A stretch of 63,680 bases of DNA, counting the filler, from Asterionella formosa (taxonomy: Eukaryota): assembly GCA_002256025.1 (NCBI GenBank). It is 15 parts of 15 records of this genome, joined end to end, with 100 filler letters (N's around TTAATTAATTAA, not from the genome) between each part and the next. Parts side by side here need not be neighbours in the genome. Positions count along the whole stretch, not along the records: positions 59,399 to 60,759 come from NKIB01002833.1; positions 60,860 to 62,220 come from NKIB01002834.1; positions 62,321 to 63,680 come from NKIB01002836.1; 12 more parts are not named here. One strand, given 5' to 3'. The notes under the pieces are model-generated. The model searched no databases, was not told the origin of the DNA, and saw only the letters and a list, made by a program, of their open reading frames with translations. The position numbers and the translations under genes were made by a program. Shown one piece after another: positions 59,779-63,680 of this stretch. Position 1 is the stretch's first letter. Each line of letters opens with the position of its first letter.

Positions 59779-60759
59779 TTACAGACGTATGTTAGCACGA
59801 AGTCTTACAACGCTCATCAGGAACCTGGCAAGGGTGGTGGCCCCTGCCGGGTTCCGTTCCATCTGGCTACCGTCCCCATCGGATGATGAGCTTTCAACCG
59901 AGGAGTCACAGTTTTGCTGTGCTGTGACTCCGGTTGGTTCACCCACCATCCATCCATGTACCCAGCGGTTGTCACAGCTCCCTCCGAGGAGCCATGCCAA
60001 CCGTTGTTGGTCAAAACCGAGGGCGAAATTCGGCCCTAACGTCCGAACTTTCGCGATCAATTCTGCCATGTGTGGCTCAGTGCGTAGACCACGCCACCGA
60101 CCACACGTGAACACTAAGTGTTCCAGCGTTTCTGGTTCATCCATACCACAAAATGGACACTTCCTCAAATACCTATGAGGCATTCGCTTCCACCCCACCA
60201 AGGTGGGGACAGTTACAAATGCCCCAATCCGACACCGAACTATCAAAGCCAGTCCTGCTTGGTCTTTGGGACTGCCCCCCACACGTGAACGTGTGAGTGG
60301 ATGCTTGTCAAATCCGGCTCCCTCATACCACACTGTGCGGGCCCCCGACGGACGAGTCAAGTTCCGTTGGATCCCACATTCTCTCTCCAAGATGCATGCT
60401 TTCACTACCTCAGCCAGTACCTTTAGTGCCAGGCTCTGCCATCCAGCACCCAAGTACCTCTCCACAATAGACACTGGCGCATGGGGGAGCGCATAGCGTT
60501 TCAGCCAGCGCGGAACCCCTGAGCACCATGTCCATTTCTGACTTCGGAATGGTCTTAGGACCAATTCCTGAAGCCAGGTTTTGAGGCCCGAGGCCTTGGC
60601 ATAAGCTCTGGCCCGTCGGGCACCCGCCAAGGCACACATTGGCAACATCCGTGCCTCCTTCCACAGGCCTACTGATGGCACATCCCCTGCCCTCCTGGCT
60701 CCAATGCTAGCCCTAAGGCATCGGTTCAGAAGAACCTGCATTTTGTCCGTAAGGTGACG
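59779..60759 (-). mobile_element. Non-LTR retrotransposon (LINE) ORF C-terminal region with a zf-RVT-type finger
   Basis: CPFCGMDEPETLEHLVFTC..W..LR; richer in GC than the flanks; the 5-prime end runs into a gap. Confidence 0.82.
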
Positions 60760-60868
60760 NNNNNNNNNNNNNNNNNNNNNNNNNNNNNNNNNNNNNNNNN
60801 NNNTTAATTAATTAANNNNNNNNNNNNNNNNNNNNNNNNNNNNNNNNNNNNNNNNNNNNTGTCTGTAG

Positions 60869-62077
60869 GAACTAATCAGCTTACTGGCCCAATTCCATTG
60901 GAGCTTGGACAGTTGACCAACATCATAGGATTGTCATTGCTTGATAACAAGTTAACAGGAACACTTCCAACAGAAATTGGCCAATTGACTAACCTTGCTA
61001 TTTTTTCGTTAGCGAGTAACTTTTTGAAGGGAACACTTCCTACAGAGATTGGATTCTTGACAAGTTTAATAACATTGCATTTACTTGATGATCAGTTGAC
61101 TGGTGCACTTCCTACAGAAATTGGCAATTTGAAAAATGTTGTAAATTTTGATGCAAGCACAAACCTTTTCAATGGAACACTTCCTTCAGAGATTGGATTC
61201 TTGACAAGTCTAACAAAAATGTATCTATTTGACAATCAATTGACTGGTGCACTTCCAACAGAAATAGGCAATCTGACAAGCCTGTTAGAGTTTCGAGGCC
61301 ACAGCAACCAGTTTAATGGAACACTTCCTACAGAGATTGGATTCTTGACAAGTCTAATGTTTTTGTATCTATTTGATAATCAATTGACTGGAGCACTTCC
61401 AACAGAAATTGGCAATTTGATAAGTCTAGCAGATTTCCAAGCCTCCTTCAACCTTTTCAATGGTACACTTCCTACAGAGATTGGATTCTTGACAAGTCTA
61501 ACATTATTGGATCTACTTTTTAATCAGTTGACTGGTTCACTTCCGACAGAGGTAGGATTCTTGACCAGTCTAACATCATTGGATTTATATAATAATAAAT
61601 TGACTGGTGCATTTCCGACAGAAATTGGCAATTTGAAAAATGTTGCTCTATTTGATGCAAGCTTAAACCATTTCAATGGAACACTTCCTTCAGAAATTGG
61701 ACTATTGACAAGTCTAACGTTGTTGAATCTAATTGATAATCAATTGACTGGTGTACTTCCCACAGAAATCGGCCATTTGACAAGTCTCAATGATTTTCAG
61801 ATTTCTTCCAATATGTTTACTGGTATAATTCCCACTGAAATTGGTCTAATGTCTTTATTGAGTAAGTTTTGCTTATCTGAAACTTCTATTTCTTGACCAT
61901 TTGTTCTAAAATTTTACTTTCTTGACAGTTGTATTATCTTTTGGAAAGAATAATTTTACAGGGTCAGTTCCAACAGAAGCATGTAATATTGCACCAATAC
62001 AGGGCATTTTTGTTTGCCCACCACTTATTTGCCTTTGCAGCAGTTACTGTCAAAATAGCAAGTCATGTGCTGGTTGA
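60869..62077 (+). CDS. Partial LRR protein with about 14 tandem 24-aa plant-type LRRs; exons 60869-61861 and 61929-62077
   Basis: LxxLxLxxNxLTGxLPTEIG repeats. TGTAG acceptor at 60868; a GTAAGT..GACAG intron leads to a final LRR and a Cys-rich cap ending at TGA 62077. Confidence 0.88.
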
Positions 62078-63544
62078 GTACCATGTCAGTTCAGAGATTA
62101 CGTATGCACTATTAGTGCTAGGGTTAGGGTAGGGTAGGGGTGAGGGCTACAATGACTATTATCCAAGCGACGATGAGGTGACTACTTAAGTTGCCAAAAA
62201 GTAATGAGACTAATGTTACTNNNNNNNNNNNNNNNNNNNNNNNNNNNNNNNNNNNNNNNNNNNNTTAATTAATTAANNNNNNNNNNNNNNNNNNNNNNNN
62301 NNNNNNNNNNNNNNNNNNNNCATGGCAGCGGAGAAGTATCTGTCGGCTTCATGGTCCTCTTCGTCGAGCTCATCAGAGAGAGGAATGACTGGCAACTTTT
62401 GCAAATGAACGTCCTGGCGATCGTTCTAAGTGGGTAAGAAAGGATAACTGCAAGTAGTGCGGATATCACAATTAAGGGGTTGCTCTGGTCGTTACTGTTC
62501 GGAATCATGCAACACGCAGTAAATGTGCGATTGTGTCACAGAGGCTCATCACATCCTGTTCGAGGATATCGGTTGTATTGTTCTGCTTTGTCAGACAAGT
62601 TTCTGCATTCATTACCGGCGTCGTAGGTATCTTGTGATACTGGTAAACTATTCTGGTATGTATATACCAGCAAGTTGAGGTAATTTTGCTTAAATCAACA
62701 ATTTAATCTTGGATAAAGAAGGCTAAACCTTTAGTTAAGCAAATTTACCGCAATATGCAGGTACTGTACTACTAGTGCCGGTACCAGGTACCTGGCTGTT
62801 ACGTTGTTACCAGGTACCCTTCCTGTTGCAAGTCGCTGATGCTACAAGGGACCTGGTACATACTCTCTGGTCCCTGGTCCCTGGTACCTGGTACCGGTAG
62901 ATGAAACACATTTCGTAATGATGATCATTACATGCGTTTGTACTGTATCACTATACTATGACTACATGACATATGGTCAGGGTACCTGGTACCAGGTACC
63001 TATTACACGAGGTAGCCCTTGTAGAAGTTAGAATTTAATTATTTAGCTTAGATGTTGTGATTTGTTTCTATAAAGTAAACGGTATACAAAACCACGTTGC
63101 AGTGTACTGATAGTTCTTGTTGTGAGCGGCTGGAGAACAATCCAGCATCATGCCATCTCCGTCTTGACCATCCATGCATGACGAAAATAACAAATGTATC
63201 CATGGAAAATGAAAACGACGCTATGCTATTTAGTAAATTTATTATAGGTGATAAATACAATACAATCGTAGAAGAATCATTGTGATATCACTAATAATGA
63301 CAACTAAAATTGAAGTTGCTGATGGTGCATGGCTTCATGTAGTTTCGATGATGGAGAATTCAAAATGACAAAGTTACAACAATATTTTACACTTTCACAG
63401 TATGCAACATGCTACACTACGGTAATCTGTAGGGCGAACCAAATTTTGTTTGATTCTCTATTTAACAATATAAATTAATAGTTAATTGAAATTTTCAAAT
63501 TACTCTTTTGCTTTTGAGTACTGATCTAGTTGGTGACTACATGT

Positions 63545-63665
63545 GACTAGAAATTGCTGACAGCGACTAGAAATTGCTGACTACAAATAGGATTTGCTGA
63601 CTACAACTAGAAGTTACTGAGCAATTTGTGAGCTCTATAACCAAACCATCTTCCAGTTCCTGAAT
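63545..63665 (+). repeat. Internal portion of the 42142-42592 TIR family (20-bp repeats)
   Basis: Aligns with 42279-42400. Confidence 0.75.
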
Positions 63666-63680
63666 ACTATTTTCAGTAGA

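Noticed and set aside
22319..62320. Recurrent TTAATTAATTAA flanked by N-runs
   Set aside because: Identical at every gap and has stops in all six frames, so it is an artificial scaffolding linker. Adjacency across these gaps is unverified.

Overview
Eukaryotic nuclear DNA, very probably from a diatom. The evidence is bipartite signal-peptide plus ASAF-type plastid presequences, short GT-AG introns, a DUF6824-type protein, diatom-style LRR and Cys-rich secreted proteins, and Copia-like retroelement fragments. The window is a draft scaffold whose contigs are joined by N-runs containing an artificial TTAATTAATTAA linker. About 13 host genes are present: PhnA-like Zn-ribbon protein, long-chain polyprenyl diphosphate synthase, two LRR proteins, DUF6824 protein, ERF4/GOLGA7-like protein, Zn-ribbon+RRM protein, Nup107, two secreted Cys-rich/mucin-like proteins, a large low-complexity protein, a CCHC-knuckle fragment and a PH-like fragment. 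They lie among decayed transposons. Three observations stand out. (1) A tRNA-derived SINE family is present twice, each copy with a perfect 17-bp target-site duplication. (2) A gag-like ORF at 55.0-56.4 kb is scrambled into four blocks (+,-,-,+) that rejoin in frame at microhomologies into one stop-free ORF of about 430 codons. (3) Clusters of palindromic GGTACC/ACCGGT/CCWGG sequence sit upstream of most genes, and one appears to have been gained inside a dispersed repeat. All family assignments are by eye from motifs; no database search was run.
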